Below are positions 54,784 through 64,000 of a DNA stretch of 64,000 nt, in pieces. Source of the stretch: an uncultured Eubacteriales bacterium. Its GTDB lineage: Bacteria > Acidobacteriota > Aminicenantia > Aminicenantales > Saccharicenantaceae. Position 1 is the first letter of the stretch. Each line of letters starts with the position of its first letter. The notes under the pieces were generated by a model. The model did not search any database. It was given only the letters and a program-made list of their open reading frames with translations, and had not been told where the DNA came from. The stretch lies in the NCBI GenBank assembly GCA_964551995.1, contig CAZKFD010000011.1:173036-237035 (forward strand), in the 5' to 3' direction. A program made the translations under genes and the position numbers.

Positions 54784-55860
54784 TCAGAGAATGGCCTTCT
54801 TTTTCTCGAGGTAATAGAGGTAGTTCTCGTAGCTGACATCCGGCGGGACGCGGTGGTCGACGCAGGGCAGGTATCCGCCGCGCTCGACGAGCGGCCGGAG
54901 GTGCTCGAGCTCGCGGTCGACGGCCTCCCGGCCCGCGATCAGCGCCAGCTTGTTGACTCCGCCCAGGAGCAGCATATCCCGGCCGTGCTCCTCGCGCAGC
55001 CGCCACGGATCGGTGTGGGCGGCCTCGATCGGGAACATGCAGTTGATACCGCCGCGCAGCCAGCCGGGGACGAGGTCATAGATCCGGCCGTCGCAGTCAA
55101 GGACGTTGACGTCGATCCCGCGCTTTCTCAGGGCGTTTGTGATTCGCTTGTACCGCGGCACCATGAGCTCCTCGAAGAGCTTCGGCGAGAGGAGCGGACC
55201 GTGGTTGTAGCACATGTCCTCCCACCACCAAGCGACGTCGACGCCCCCGTCCGGGATGTGCCTCTCGATGAACTCGAGGTCCATCAGTGTGACGTGTTCC
55301 ATCATCTCCTCGACCCAGTCCCTGTCCGTCATCAGGGCGACCGACAGGTTCTCGAGTCCCATCCAATCGCGGAGCCAGCCGTAGAGCGAGCCGCAGTGGA
55401 AGAGGATGGGCATGCCCGCGGCGTGAGCCCGCTCGAGGGCGGCCGCGACGTCGCCCACGCGGCCCGGACGCCCCGGGTCGAGCCGTTCGTCGCGGAGCCT
55501 CTCCCAGTCGGCGCGCGTTTCCACGGCGAACCGGATGAACCTGGGCATGGAGGAGTCATAATCAAGCATCTCCGTCAGGGCTCCGTCCCGGGTCTGGACG
55601 AGGCGCCGCTCGCCCTTCGCTTCGAGCGTCTTCTCCTCGAAGGCCGGATAGAGGCCCCGCTGGATGGGGACTTCGGGCATGATCGAGAGGCCTTCGAGGC
55701 CCAAATGGCGCTCGACGTCCTCGTTCGTCCGGCAGTCCCCAGGCAGCCCCTGTCCGTGCCACACGGCGATCGTCTTGTCCCAATAGCCGAATTCCATGTT
55801 GGGGACACGATCGGGCTTCCCCCAGTGGAAAACCTCGTTGAACCTGTCTCTCGTGGTCAT
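54784..55860 (-). CDS. uroporphyrinogen decarboxylase (URO-D)-like family protein
   Basis: The 358 aa product shows a URO-D/MtaA-like fold, by recall of the family. The start MTTRDRFNEVFHWGKPDRVP is at 55860. Confidence 0.7.
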   Translation of the reverse strand: MTTRDRFNEVFHWGKPDRVPNMEFGYWDKTIAVWHGQGLPGDCRTNEDVERHLGLEGLSIMPEVPIQRGLYPAFEEKTLEAKGERRLVQTRDGALTEMLDYDSSMPRFIRFAVETRADWERLRDERLDPGRPGRVGDVAAALERAHAAGMPILFHCGSLYGWLRDWMGLENLSVALMTDRDWVEEMMEHVTLMDLEFIERHIPDGGVDVAWWWEDMCYNHGPLLSPKLFEELMVPRYKRITNALRKRGIDVNVLDCDGRIYDLVPGWLRGGINCMFPIEAAHTDPWRLREEHGRDMLLLGGVNKLALIAGREAVDRELEHLRPLVERGGYLPCVDHRVPPDVSYENYLYYLEKKKAIL

Positions 55861-56003
55861 GAAACCGCCCCTCATCTTAACAAAAACCGGCCGGCCCGGC
55901 CATATTTCCGACTAAACTCACGGCAAGGGAATGAACCGGTCTGCGTCGTTGAAAACCTGCGTGCCGCTGTACTAGAATGGGGGCGGCGTTGAAGGAGGGT
56001 CGG

Positions 56004-58991
56004 ATGGCCGCAAAGAAATCTCCTCTGGGAATTCTCCTGGTTCTGTCCCTGCTCCCCCTCGGCTTCGTGTCGTGCGCCCACCGTGGGCCATGCCCCGACA
56101 TCATGGTCGAGAAAGGCGCGTCCTGGCACGAGATGGCCGCGGCCAAGGAACTGCGCCGCTATTTCTATCTCCGCACGGGCTTCCTTCCGTCGATGGGGAA
56201 GGTTGGTGCTCTCTCACAGGTCCAGCGCAACACCGTTCTCGTTGTCGAGAAGGACGCGTCCCTGCTCGGCGGCCTGGGCGACAAAGACGTTTTTCAAAAG
56301 ATCGCCGGACTCGGCTCACAGGACTACCTGATCAAAACGGTCCCTCTCCCCGCCGGGAAGCTGGTCCTCGTCGCCGGCGGCAGCGGGCCGGCCGTCCTTT
56401 ACGGCGCCTATCGGCTGGCCGGGAAGCTGGGCGTCCAGTTCTCCCTCGAGGGCGACATCCTCCCGGACAAGAAGCTGTCCGGCCTGGACCTCGACTTCGA
56501 CGAGATCGGCCGGCCGCTCTTTCTCGTCCGCGGCCTCCAGCCCTTTCACGATTTTCCCGAAGGCCCGGACTGGTGGACGCTTGAGAATTACAAGACCGTC
56601 GTCGCCCAGCTCCCCAAGCTCCGCATGAATTTCCTCGGTTTCCACACCTACCCCGAGAATCCCGACAAGGAGAGGGGAGCGACCCCCAACGCCGAGCCCA
56701 CGGTCTGGATCGGGCAGTCCGGAGACTTCGCCGGAGACGGAACGGTCAATTTCAGCTACCCCGCGAGCTACCAGAACACGCGCCGCGGGAACTGGGGCTA
56801 TGAGGCCAAGAAAACGGGCGACTTCCATTTCGGGGCCAGCCTGCTCTTCGAGCGGGACGATTACGGGAACGACGTTATGGTAGGCTTCTGCCCCGAGCCG
56901 AAGACGCTCCGGGACTCGAACGAGGTCTTCGACCGCGCGGCCGCCGTTTTCCGCGACGCGTTCAGCTTGGCCCACAAGCTCGGCGTGAAGACCTGCGTGG
57001 GGACGGAAACGCCCCTGACTATCCCCGACCTCGTTCAGAAGCGGGTCCGGGACGCCGGGAGGAACCCTCTGGACCCGGCCGTCGTCAAGGACTTGTACAA
57101 AGGGATGTTCGCCAGGATCGCCCGGGCTTATCCCATCGACACGTACTGGTTCTGGACGTCGGAGGTTTGGACGTGGAGCGACGCCAAACCCGAGGCCGTC
57201 AAGGCCGTGAGCACGGACCTCGAGGCCGCCGTCGAGGCCTGGCGGGAGCTGCGGCCCCCGTTCGGCCTCGCGACCTGCGGCTGGGTGCTCGGGCCGCCCT
57301 CCGACCGGACGCTCTTCGACGACCTCCTGCCCAAGGACGTGACCATGAGCTGCATCAACCGGGATGTCGGCAAAGCCCCCGTGGACCCGGGCTTCGCGCG
57401 CATCTCGGGACGGTCGAAATGGGCCATTCCCTGGCTTGAAGACGATCCCTCCCTGACCTCTCCCCAGCTTTGGGTCGGGCGCATGCGGCGCGACGCCGCG
57501 GACGCCTTGCGCTACGGCTGCGACGGACTCATCGGCATCCACTGGCGGACGCGCCTCGTGTCGCCGAACATTTCGGCCCTGGCTCAGGCAGCCTGGGACC
57601 AGGCCTGGAATACGCTTCCGCGCAGCGTCGCCGAGGACGTCGGGCCGATCAGCGGCCAATATGTGTCGTTCCAGGAAGAGAAGGTCGCCGGCGCGGCACC
57701 GGGGGAGGAAGCCATTTATCAAACCATCCGCGACCGCGTCTTTGCCTATTATGTCCCGGTCCCGAACGGCCGCTACGCGGTGACGCTGAAGTTTGTCGAG
57801 GGCCAGGCCCGCGACAAGGGAGAGCGGGTCTTCGATGTCTTTCTCCAAGGGAAGAAAGTTATCGACGGCCTGGACATCTTCGCCCGGGTCGGGAGATTCA
57901 GGGCCCTCGACTTCACGTTCAGAAATGTCGAGGTCCTGAACGGCCGGCTGGCCGTCGATTTCGCCGACCGGATCTCTTACCCCGCGCTCGCCGGCCTCGT
58001 CATCGAAGGCAAGGATTTCAAGAAGAAAATCAACTGCGGCGGCCCCGCCTTCAAGGACTTCGAGGCGGACTGGCCGGAGACCGACCGGAATATGGCCTCG
58101 CTCGACTTCTACCGGGATTGGGCGGCGGGCGAGTTCGGCCCCGCGGCGGCCGACGGGATCGCCGCGGTCTTCGCCAGGATCGACGGCCGCCTTCCCGTCC
58201 CGGTGACCTGGATCGCCGGCCCTGGAAACGTCGTCCCAGACGGCCGCCCCTGGACTGAAGTGAAGGCCGGCTACGCGTTCGTTGACGAGTTGGAGGCCTT
58301 TGAGCCGAAGATCGAGGGCCGGGGCGAACGGGAGAGGTTCCGCTACTGGCTGTCGAATTTCGAATACATGCGGGAGGTTGCCCACCTCGACTGCCTCCTG
58401 GCGGAATTCAACCAGGCGATGGACAAAGTCAAGGCGGAGAAGGACCCCCAGGCGAAAGCCGACGTGGCCCGCGCGATTGCTCTCCCAGTCCGGATCGAAA
58501 TGGCCGCGTCCCTAAAAAAGATTTTCGACGACCTCCTGGAGGCCGTGAGCACGACCGGCGGGTTCGGGACAATTGCTAACTGGGAGCAGCACATCCTGCC
58601 CGGCGCCTGGGAGGCGTCCGGGGCCGAACTCCATAAGATTCTCGGCGATGAGGCTGCGAGCGCGGCGTTTCTCTCCAAGGTCTATCTCGGGGCGCCCCGG
58701 ATCATCGTCCCGGCCCCGCGGCCGAGCCTGGAAGAGGGCGAGAAGCTTAGCCTCAAAGTCATCATCCTCTCCAAGAGGCCGCCCGACTCGGCCCGCCTGC
58801 TCTGGCGCGCGCTCGGCAAAGGGCGGTTTGCCGCGGTGCCGCTCGAGAAGCTGAACCGGGGAGTCTACACGGTGACGGTCTCGCCCAACAACGCGGACAT
58901 CGAATATTATATCCAGGCCCGGGCGGACGGCCAGGACGTCATCTACCCGGCGACGGCCCCCGAGACCAATCAAACGGTGATCGTTTATTGA
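56004..58991 (+). CDS. secreted/lipoprotein glycoside-hydrolase-like protein with malectin carbohydrate-binding domain
   Basis: An AAGGAGGG RBS precedes the ATG at 56004. The signal peptide is MAAKKSPLGILLVLSLLPLGFVSCA. The malectin-like segment reads INCGGPAFKDF...RYAVTLKFVEG...DVFLQGKKVIDGLDIF. Confidence 0.7.
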   Translation: MAAKKSPLGILLVLSLLPLGFVSCAHRGPCPDIMVEKGASWHEMAAAKELRRYFYLRTGFLPSMGKVGALSQVQRNTVLVVEKDASLLGGLGDKDVFQKIAGLGSQDYLIKTVPLPAGKLVLVAGGSGPAVLYGAYRLAGKLGVQFSLEGDILPDKKLSGLDLDFDEIGRPLFLVRGLQPFHDFPEGPDWWTLENYKTVVAQLPKLRMNFLGFHTYPENPDKERGATPNAEPTVWIGQSGDFAGDGTVNFSYPASYQNTRRGNWGYEAKKTGDFHFGASLLFERDDYGNDVMVGFCPEPKTLRDSNEVFDRAAAVFRDAFSLAHKLGVKTCVGTETPLTIPDLVQKRVRDAGRNPLDPAVVKDLYKGMFARIARAYPIDTYWFWTSEVWTWSDAKPEAVKAVSTDLEAAVEAWRELRPPFGLATCGWVLGPPSDRTLFDDLLPKDVTMSCINRDVGKAPVDPGFARISGRSKWAIPWLEDDPSLTSPQLWVGRMRRDAADALRYGCDGLIGIHWRTRLVSPNISALAQAAWDQAWNTLPRSVAEDVGPISGQYVSFQEEKVAGAAPGEEAIYQTIRDRVFAYYVPVPNGRYAVTLKFVEGQARDKGERVFDVFLQGKKVIDGLDIFARVGRFRALDFTFRNVEVLNGRLAVDFADRISYPALAGLVIEGKDFKKKINCGGPAFKDFEADWPETDRNMASLDFYRDWAAGEFGPAAADGIAAVFARIDGRLPVPVTWIAGPGNVVPDGRPWTEVKAGYAFVDELEAFEPKIEGRGERERFRYWLSNFEYMREVAHLDCLLAEFNQAMDKVKAEKDPQAKADVARAIALPVRIEMAASLKKIFDDLLEAVSTTGGFGTIANWEQHILPGAWEASGAELHKILGDEAASAAFLSKVYLGAPRIIVPAPRPSLEEGEKLSLKVIILSKRPPDSARLLWRALGKGRFAAVPLEKLNRGVYTVTVSPNNADIEYYIQARADGQDVIYPATAPETNQTVIVY

Positions 58992-59126
58992 GGACGCCGT
59001 GGCCCTCGCCAGGCGGAGTCCGGTCCTTTCGCTTTCCGGCGCCTGCTCGGCTCTCCCGCGGCACTGGAAAATAATTCCATTTTTCAGTAATCTATAGGTA
59101 CCTTTCGGGCGAGAAGAGGCGCGGGA

Positions 59127-60200
59127 GTGGACGAAACCAAACCTTCTGTCGTGGTTTTGCCCCATCGCCTGCGCACCCGGGACATCCCGGCGGCTTTCGC
59201 GGAAATCCAGGGGCAGCTCAAGCGGGGGGCCGTAACCGTCGACTTCGGCGGAGTCGGGGAGTTCGATGCCTCCACGCTGGCTCTTTTGAGCTACCTCCGC
59301 CGGTGCGCCCCGGGTATCGCCGTGCGCAATGTCGGCGAGGGCCTGGAGAGCGCCTTCCGGGCCTTTCTCGGAGGCACGCCCCCGGCGGCCTGTGAAGTGC
59401 CGGTCCCGGGTTTCCCGACGCGGGTCCTGCATTCCCTCTCGGACAAGTTCATGGCGCATACGAGGAGCGTCGCCAAGTTCTTCGTCATGCTCTCCGACGC
59501 GATCTTCCACACCGCGTCCTACCTCAAGGATCGCCGCGGCGTTTACCCGGGGGAGACCTGGAACCAGCTGTTCTTCATGGGGTACAAGTCCTTTCCCATC
59601 ACGAGCCTTCTGATTTTCCTCGTCGGCGTCACCATCGCCCTGACCTCCGCCGCCCAGCTCAAGCTCTACGGGGCCGATATCTACCTGGCCGACCTCATCG
59701 GCTTCGGCATGCTCCGGGAGCTCGTGCCGCTCATGACGGGCATCATCCTCGCCGGGAAGGTTGGCGCCGCCGTCGCGGCCGAACTTTCGACGATGATGGT
59801 GCTTGAAGAGGTCGACGCCCTCAAGACGATGGGGGTCGTCCCGGAGAGATTCCTCATGGTCCCCCGGCTCCTGGCCATCACGCTGGCCGTGCCCCTGCTC
59901 GTCGCAATCGCCGACGCCATCGGCATCGGCGCGGGCGTCGTCGTCGGCCGGATGTCCCTCGGGATCCTTCCCTCCTCGTTCATCCGGGAAATGCGCACAG
60001 CGGTCGGGCCGGGGGACTTCCTCATCGGTCTTGGCAAGACCCTTGTCTTCGGCTGGGCCGTGATCGTGGCCAGCGGCTACAAGGGCCTGACCGTCGGCCG
60101 GAGCCCGGGGGAGGTCGGGCGCGCGACGACGGAGTCCGTTGTCCTTTCGGTTTCCTTGATTATCTTCATCGACTGCATTTTCGCTCTCATCATCTATTAG
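59127..60200 (+). CDS. MlaE-like ABC transporter permease with N-terminal STAS-like domain
   Basis: The 357 aa product has a C-terminal permease domain about 250 aa long that is typical of MlaE/YrbE. Confidence 0.8.
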   Translation: MDETKPSVVVLPHRLRTRDIPAAFAEIQGQLKRGAVTVDFGGVGEFDASTLALLSYLRRCAPGIAVRNVGEGLESAFRAFLGGTPPAACEVPVPGFPTRVLHSLSDKFMAHTRSVAKFFVMLSDAIFHTASYLKDRRGVYPGETWNQLFFMGYKSFPITSLLIFLVGVTIALTSAAQLKLYGADIYLADLIGFGMLRELVPLMTGIILAGKVGAAVAAELSTMMVLEEVDALKTMGVVPERFLMVPRLLAITLAVPLLVAIADAIGIGAGVVVGRMSLGILPSSFIREMRTAVGPGDFLIGLGKTLVFGWAVIVASGYKGLTVGRSPGEVGRATTESVVLSVSLIIFIDCIFALIIY

Positions 60201-60204
60201 CGCC

Positions 60205-60954
60205 ATGGAGATCATCAGCGTTCGCCATCTCGCCGTCGGCTACGGGAACGTCAAGATCCTCGAGGGCCTGGATTTCGGCGTCCCGGCGGGGCGGATCACG
60301 GCCGTGGTCGGAGCCAGCGGCTGCGGCAAGTCCACTCTGCTCAAAACCCTGGCCGGGCTTCTCCCGCCCCTGGCCGGCGAGATCGTCTTCGGAACCGACC
60401 GCGTCGATTATGCGTCCGAGGCCTCCCTCGGGGCCCTCTACGACCGCATCGGCGTGCTCTATCAGGACGGAGCGCTGCTCAACAACCTGACGCTTTTCGA
60501 GAACATCGCCCTGCCCATCCGCATGAAGCTCCCGGAGATGCCCGGGGAGGTGCTCCGGGAGCTTGTCCACGACCGCCTGTCGCAAGTGGACCTGCTCGGG
60601 AGCGCCGGCAAGTATCCTTCCGAGCTCTCCGGCGGGATGCGCAAGCGGGGCGCCCTGGCGAGGGCCCTCGTCCAGGACCCGGAGGTCGTCCTCTGCGACG
60701 AGCCTTCGGGAGGGCTCGATCCCATCACCTCCGGGCACCTCGACGGGCTTCTCCTCGACCTCAAGAAGGCGTTCGGAACGACGTTCGTCGTCGTCACCCA
60801 CGAGCTCCGGTCGATCCGGAGGATCGCCGATGAGGTTTTGGTCCTCCGCGACGGGCGTCTCCATTTCTCAGGGGACCTCGGGGAGATCATGGCCTCGGGA
60901 GACGAGTTCCTCCGGGCATTCTTTCTGAGGATGGCCGATCATGATGACGCATGA
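60205..60954 (+). CDS. MlaF-like ABC transporter ATP-binding protein
   Basis: GASGCGKST is the Walker A motif and LSGGMRKRGALARAL the ABC signature. Confidence 0.85.
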   Translation: MEIISVRHLAVGYGNVKILEGLDFGVPAGRITAVVGASGCGKSTLLKTLAGLLPPLAGEIVFGTDRVDYASEASLGALYDRIGVLYQDGALLNNLTLFENIALPIRMKLPEMPGEVLRELVHDRLSQVDLLGSAGKYPSELSGGMRKRGALARALVQDPEVVLCDEPSGGLDPITSGHLDGLLLDLKKAFGTTFVVVTHELRSIRRIADEVLVLRDGRLHFSGDLGEIMASGDEFLRAFFLRMADHDDA

Positions 60955-61888
60955 GCAAAAAACCCGGCTGGGGGTTTTTCTGGCGATCGCCACGGTCGTC
61001 TTCCTGGCCGTGCTGGGCTTCTTTCTCGTGCCGCAGCTCCGGGAAGCCGGTGATTCATACTACATCGATTTCCGGGGCACGTCGGTCAACGGCTTGCTCC
61101 TCGGTTCGGCCGTCCGGTACCAGGGGGTCGAGATCGGAAGGGTCACGGCCATCGAGGTCAATCTGAAAGCGACGAGCTCCGTTTTCGTCCACATCAAGAT
61201 CCAGAAAGGGTTCCCGATCAAGACGGACACCGTCGCGGTCCTGAACAACGCCGGCATCACGGGCCTCAAGTTCGTCGACCTCCAGGGCGGGTCGCCTGGA
61301 GCGGAGCTCGTCAAGCCCAACGGCGTGATCCAGATGGGCCGCGGCCTGGAACAGCGGGCCGGCGACATCGTCACCAATATCGACACTGCGGTCAACAGCA
61401 TCAATTCACTCCTGTCGCCGGAGAATCTCAAGCGGATCAACCGCGTCCTCGAAAAGGCCGAGAAGAGCTCCGAGATGATCTCCTCGGTCATCGAGGCCAA
61501 GCGGGCCAAGCTCGAGAGCTCCTTCGACAACGTCGAGAAGGCGACCAACGAGTTCGCTTCCGTGACGGAGAACCTCCGGAAGATCTCGGACAATGTCAGC
61601 GATATGAGCCAGAAGATCGTATCCCGCTCCTCGGCGGCCGTGGACAACATCGCCCAGCGCTTCTCGGACGCCGAGATGGGGCGGGCCATCAGGGATTTCC
61701 AGGCCTTCGCGGAGACGGCGTCGGAGAGCCTGAAAAAAATCGAGAAGAGCCTCCTGGCGCAGCAGGAGGAGCTCGGCCGGGCCCTCCGGAGCTTCGGGGC
61801 GACCCTCGACAACCTAGCACTCTTCACGCGCCAGATCTCCGAGGATCCGTCGGCCCTGATCCGGCTCCAAAAGGAAAAGAAGAAATGA
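60941..61888 (+). CDS. MlaD/Mce-family substrate-binding protein
   Basis: An N-terminal TM segment is followed by an MCE domain (VRYQGVEIGRVTAIEV). The C-terminal region is an extended coiled coil. Confidence 0.75.
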   Translation: MMTHEQKTRLGVFLAIATVVFLAVLGFFLVPQLREAGDSYYIDFRGTSVNGLLLGSAVRYQGVEIGRVTAIEVNLKATSSVFVHIKIQKGFPIKTDTVAVLNNAGITGLKFVDLQGGSPGAELVKPNGVIQMGRGLEQRAGDIVTNIDTAVNSINSLLSPENLKRINRVLEKAEKSSEMISSVIEAKRAKLESSFDNVEKATNEFASVTENLRKISDNVSDMSQKIVSRSSAAVDNIAQRFSDAEMGRAIRDFQAFAETASESLKKIEKSLLAQQEELGRALRSFGATLDNLALFTRQISEDPSALIRLQKEKKK

Positions 61889-62484
61889 AAAAAACAGCCC
61901 TGGCCGCCCTGGCCGTCTCCCTCATGAGCGGATGCCTGGCGATGTCGCCCGCCAAGAGGTATTTCCAGATCCGGAGCCTCGCCTCGCTCGAGCCTGCCTG
62001 TCCGAAGATCGAGCGGCGGCTCCTCGTCGAGCCGGCCGCGGTCGATTCCCCCTATCGCGACGTCCGTATCGTCTATCGCGTCTCGTCCTTCGAGTTCAGG
62101 TATTATCCCTACGAGTTCTGGGCGGAGAGGCCGGGGGACATGATCGGCGCCGCCATGGCCGATTTCCTGGTCCGGAAAAAAGCCTTTGCCGCTGTTGGCC
62201 TGGGGACGACGGGCGGGGAGCCCGAGCTGGTGCTCCGCTCCCGCGTGCAAGTCCTCGAGGAGATCGACGGCCCCGACGTCTGGCTGGCCCGGCTGGCGAT
62301 GAGCCTGGAGTTCGTGGACGCGATGACGGGGGCGACGGTCCTCGCGTGGTCATTCGACAGAAAAGGCCCGATGCCGGCGAAATCGGTGGGCGAGTTCCCC
62401 GTGGCCTGCTCCAGGATCCTCGAGGAAGAGCTCTGGAAGGCGGAATGGGAGCTTGCCCGGACTCTCGGGAAGAAGGGGAGTTAG
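61885..62484 (+). CDS. ABC-type transport auxiliary lipoprotein (DUF330/PqiC-like)
   Basis: The lipobox-like sequence is ALAVSLMSGC. It overlaps the MlaD stop (ATGA) and is 199 aa. Confidence 0.6.
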   Translation: MKKTALAALAVSLMSGCLAMSPAKRYFQIRSLASLEPACPKIERRLLVEPAAVDSPYRDVRIVYRVSSFEFRYYPYEFWAERPGDMIGAAMADFLVRKKAFAAVGLGTTGGEPELVLRSRVQVLEEIDGPDVWLARLAMSLEFVDAMTGATVLAWSFDRKGPMPAKSVGEFPVACSRILEEELWKAEWELARTLGKKGS

Positions 62485-62871
62485 ATGAAGAGCGTGCTCG
62501 CAGGCCGGCGGATCCGGCCGGGCGCTTATTCGCCGTGGCCTTTGAACAGGCCGCGGACGGCGTAGATCAAGGGCCCGAGGAAAGCATGGCGAGGGCGATC
62601 GCGAGCCAGAAGTCCTTTTTGGCCGCGACATTGATGATCCGTTCTTTTTTCCGGGCTCTCTCCTCTTCGGCCTTGAGCCTCGCGCATTCCTCCCGGGAAC
62701 GTGCGGTCTTGCGGGCGATTTCGATCTTCTCGTCCGGGACGAACCGGGCCCCGGGCCCGGCCCGAGGGCCTTTCTGAGGGATCCTGCGTCTGCAGCGCTT
62801 TCTTCGTCCGCAGGGATGGCTCCGGGCCCAAACAGATGTCCGGCGGTCCTGCTCGCCGGCCTGATAATAGT

Positions 62872-63798
62872 TTAGGGCAGGCCCCGGCGGCCGTCTACGG
62901 GATATTTCTCGGCCCGATGGCGGAAGTGAAAGGCGACGAAAAGGAGGGCCAGGACGGGGAAGATGATGAGGCTGGCCTCGGCGCCCATCGGCCCTCCGGT
63001 CAGCCATTGGGTCCCTCTCGTCGCGGCGTCGAGCAGGTGGTTCGGCATCGGCAGGCCGCCCTTGTTGCCGGTATTCGGAAAGCCGAAGACGAACAGGGAG
63101 CCGAAATTGAACGCCCAGTGCCAGCCGATGGCGAACCAGAGGTTTCCCGTGCGGCGAACCGTCAGGCAGAAAAAGAGGGCGATCAGAGCGACGCTCAGGC
63201 CGTCCACCAGGGTCTCGTTGGGTTTCTCTGCATAATGGAGGTAGAATCCGAAGATCGCGGACAGGACGGCCGCGGCCGGCCAGAAGCGAATCCCCGAGGC
63301 GAGGGTGAAGAGCTCATAGCCGCGGAAGACGATCTCCTCTAAGAGCGAGGCGGCGAGAAAAGCGGCCGCCCAGAGGAACGCGTAGAGGGCGATGCGGGCG
63401 CCGCCGAGCGCCAGGCCGCGCACGGCATAGCCGCCGGCCAGAGCCATCACGGCGACGGCGGTTGCGATCGTGGCCAGGCCCCACAGACCTCCCTCCCAGA
63501 AGAGCCGGCCGAAGGCCCCGCGGCGGACAAGGCCGTAATCCGCGAACCTGCGGTGCTCGATCCGGGCCATGAGAAAGACGCAGGCCGCCGACACCGCGAG
63601 CCAGACGGCCTCGATGAGGAGGAAGTTGACGGCCGTCCATTCCGGCTCCTTCCCTAGAACCGCTCCGAGCCCGAGCTTGGCCGCGGCGCCGACGAGAACG
63701 ACAGCCATGTTGAAGAGGAGGAGCCGCCAGCCGGCTCTCAACCCCCAAGGGCCGAAAAAGACTCTTCTGATGCGTCCCGTTTGAGGAGAATCCGTCAT
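62872..63798 (-). CDS. CPBP family intramembrane glutamic endopeptidase (CAAX protease/Abi)
   Basis: LEEIVFRGY (EExxxR), FYLHY (FxxxH) and WHWAFN (HxxxN) are the three CPBP motifs. Confidence 0.75.
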   Translation of the reverse strand: MTDSPQTGRIRRVFFGPWGLRAGWRLLLFNMAVVLVGAAAKLGLGAVLGKEPEWTAVNFLLIEAVWLAVSAACVFLMARIEHRRFADYGLVRRGAFGRLFWEGGLWGLATIATAVAVMALAGGYAVRGLALGGARIALYAFLWAAAFLAASLLEEIVFRGYELFTLASGIRFWPAAAVLSAIFGFYLHYAEKPNETLVDGLSVALIALFFCLTVRRTGNLWFAIGWHWAFNFGSLFVFGFPNTGNKGGLPMPNHLLDAATRGTQWLTGGPMGAEASLIIFPVLALLFVAFHFRHRAEKYPVDGRRGLP

Positions 63799-63810
63799 GA
63801 TTGTCGCCTT

Positions 63811-64000
63811 TCAGCTCCCGGCTTTCAGCCAGCGACGCTCGATCTCCTCGAGTGTGCGGCCCTTGGTCTCGGGCAGATAGAGGATCATGAAAACGAGGTC
63901 GAGGGCGCACATGGCGCCGTAGAGCCAGAACGCGGCCGAGGCGTTGAGTCTGTCGGAGATCACGGGGAATGTCAGGGTCACGGCGAAGTCCGCGAACCAG
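63811..64000 (-). CDS. MFS sugar porter family transporter, C-terminal fragment (5' end beyond window)
   Basis: The minus-strand translation is ..WFADFAVTLTFPVISDRLNASAAFWLYGAMCALDLVFMILYLPETKGRTLEEIERRWLKAGS*, with the PETKGRTLEEIE sugar-porter signature. It stops at 63811-63813. Confidence 0.6.
   Translation of the reverse strand, partial: WFADFAVTLTFPVISDRLNASAAFWLYGAMCALDLVFMILYLPETKGRTLEEIERRWLKAGS

Noticed and set aside
56316-58385. 689-aa minus-strand ORF and 567-aa ORF 58512..60215
   Set aside because: They are antisense to the malectin-domain gene and the MlaE gene respectively.

Overview
This is a 64 kb, high-GC (~65%) bacterial chromosomal segment with dense coding on both strands. 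Genes frequently overlap by 4 bp (ATGA stop/start, translational coupling). Long antisense ORFs are common and are treated as GC-driven artefacts. The gene content points to a Gram-negative carbohydrate degrader, perhaps Acidobacteriota or PVC-like, but that taxonomic guess is weak.

Main blocks, in order:
1. A minus-strand operon: PEP/pyruvate-binding ATP-grasp protein, ApbE flavin transferase, secreted discoidin-domain protein, ArnT/PMT-like membrane glycosyltransferase.
2. gdhA and a DUF2975 + XRE-HTH cassette, flanking an AT-rich island that carries two divergent near-consensus sigma70 promoters.
3. A periplasmic redox operon: TAT-exported Gfo/Idh/MocA oxidoreductase, heptaheme c-type cytochrome, 5-TM membrane protein.
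4. A long cluster of TAT-exported Gfo/Idh/MocA oxidoreductases, xylose-isomerase-like TIM-barrel enzymes, an SDR and a secreted HEAT-repeat protein.
5. Glycan-processing genes: GH172/DUF2961, GH29 fucosidase, a malectin-domain lipoprotein and a URO-D-like protein.
6. nadE, an M61 peptidase, an SSS symporter with a divergent sensor-less sigma54 activator, isoaspartyl dipeptidase, a POT transporter and a PlsC-like acyltransferase.
7. An Mla/Mce-type ABC transporter operon, a CPBP protease and a partial MFS sugar porter.

The most unusual locus is a ~10 kb, ten-gene minus-strand operon (42010-52162). It combines NuoE/NuoF/NuoG-like and NfnA/NfnB-like flavin/FeS subunits with a short sensory [FeFe]-hydrogenase-like protein (HydS-like). 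That protein has a C-terminal Cx2Cx4Cx16C motif and a Ser in place of the proton-transfer Cys. The operon also carries a GHKL ATPase, two DRTGG proteins and a Cys-rich leader protein, and there is no catalytic hydrogenase in the window. I read this as a candidate, largely undescribed, sensor-coupled flavin-based electron-bifurcating (Bfu/Stn-like) oxidoreductase system.

All calls are from reading the translations and sequence by eye. No database searches were run.
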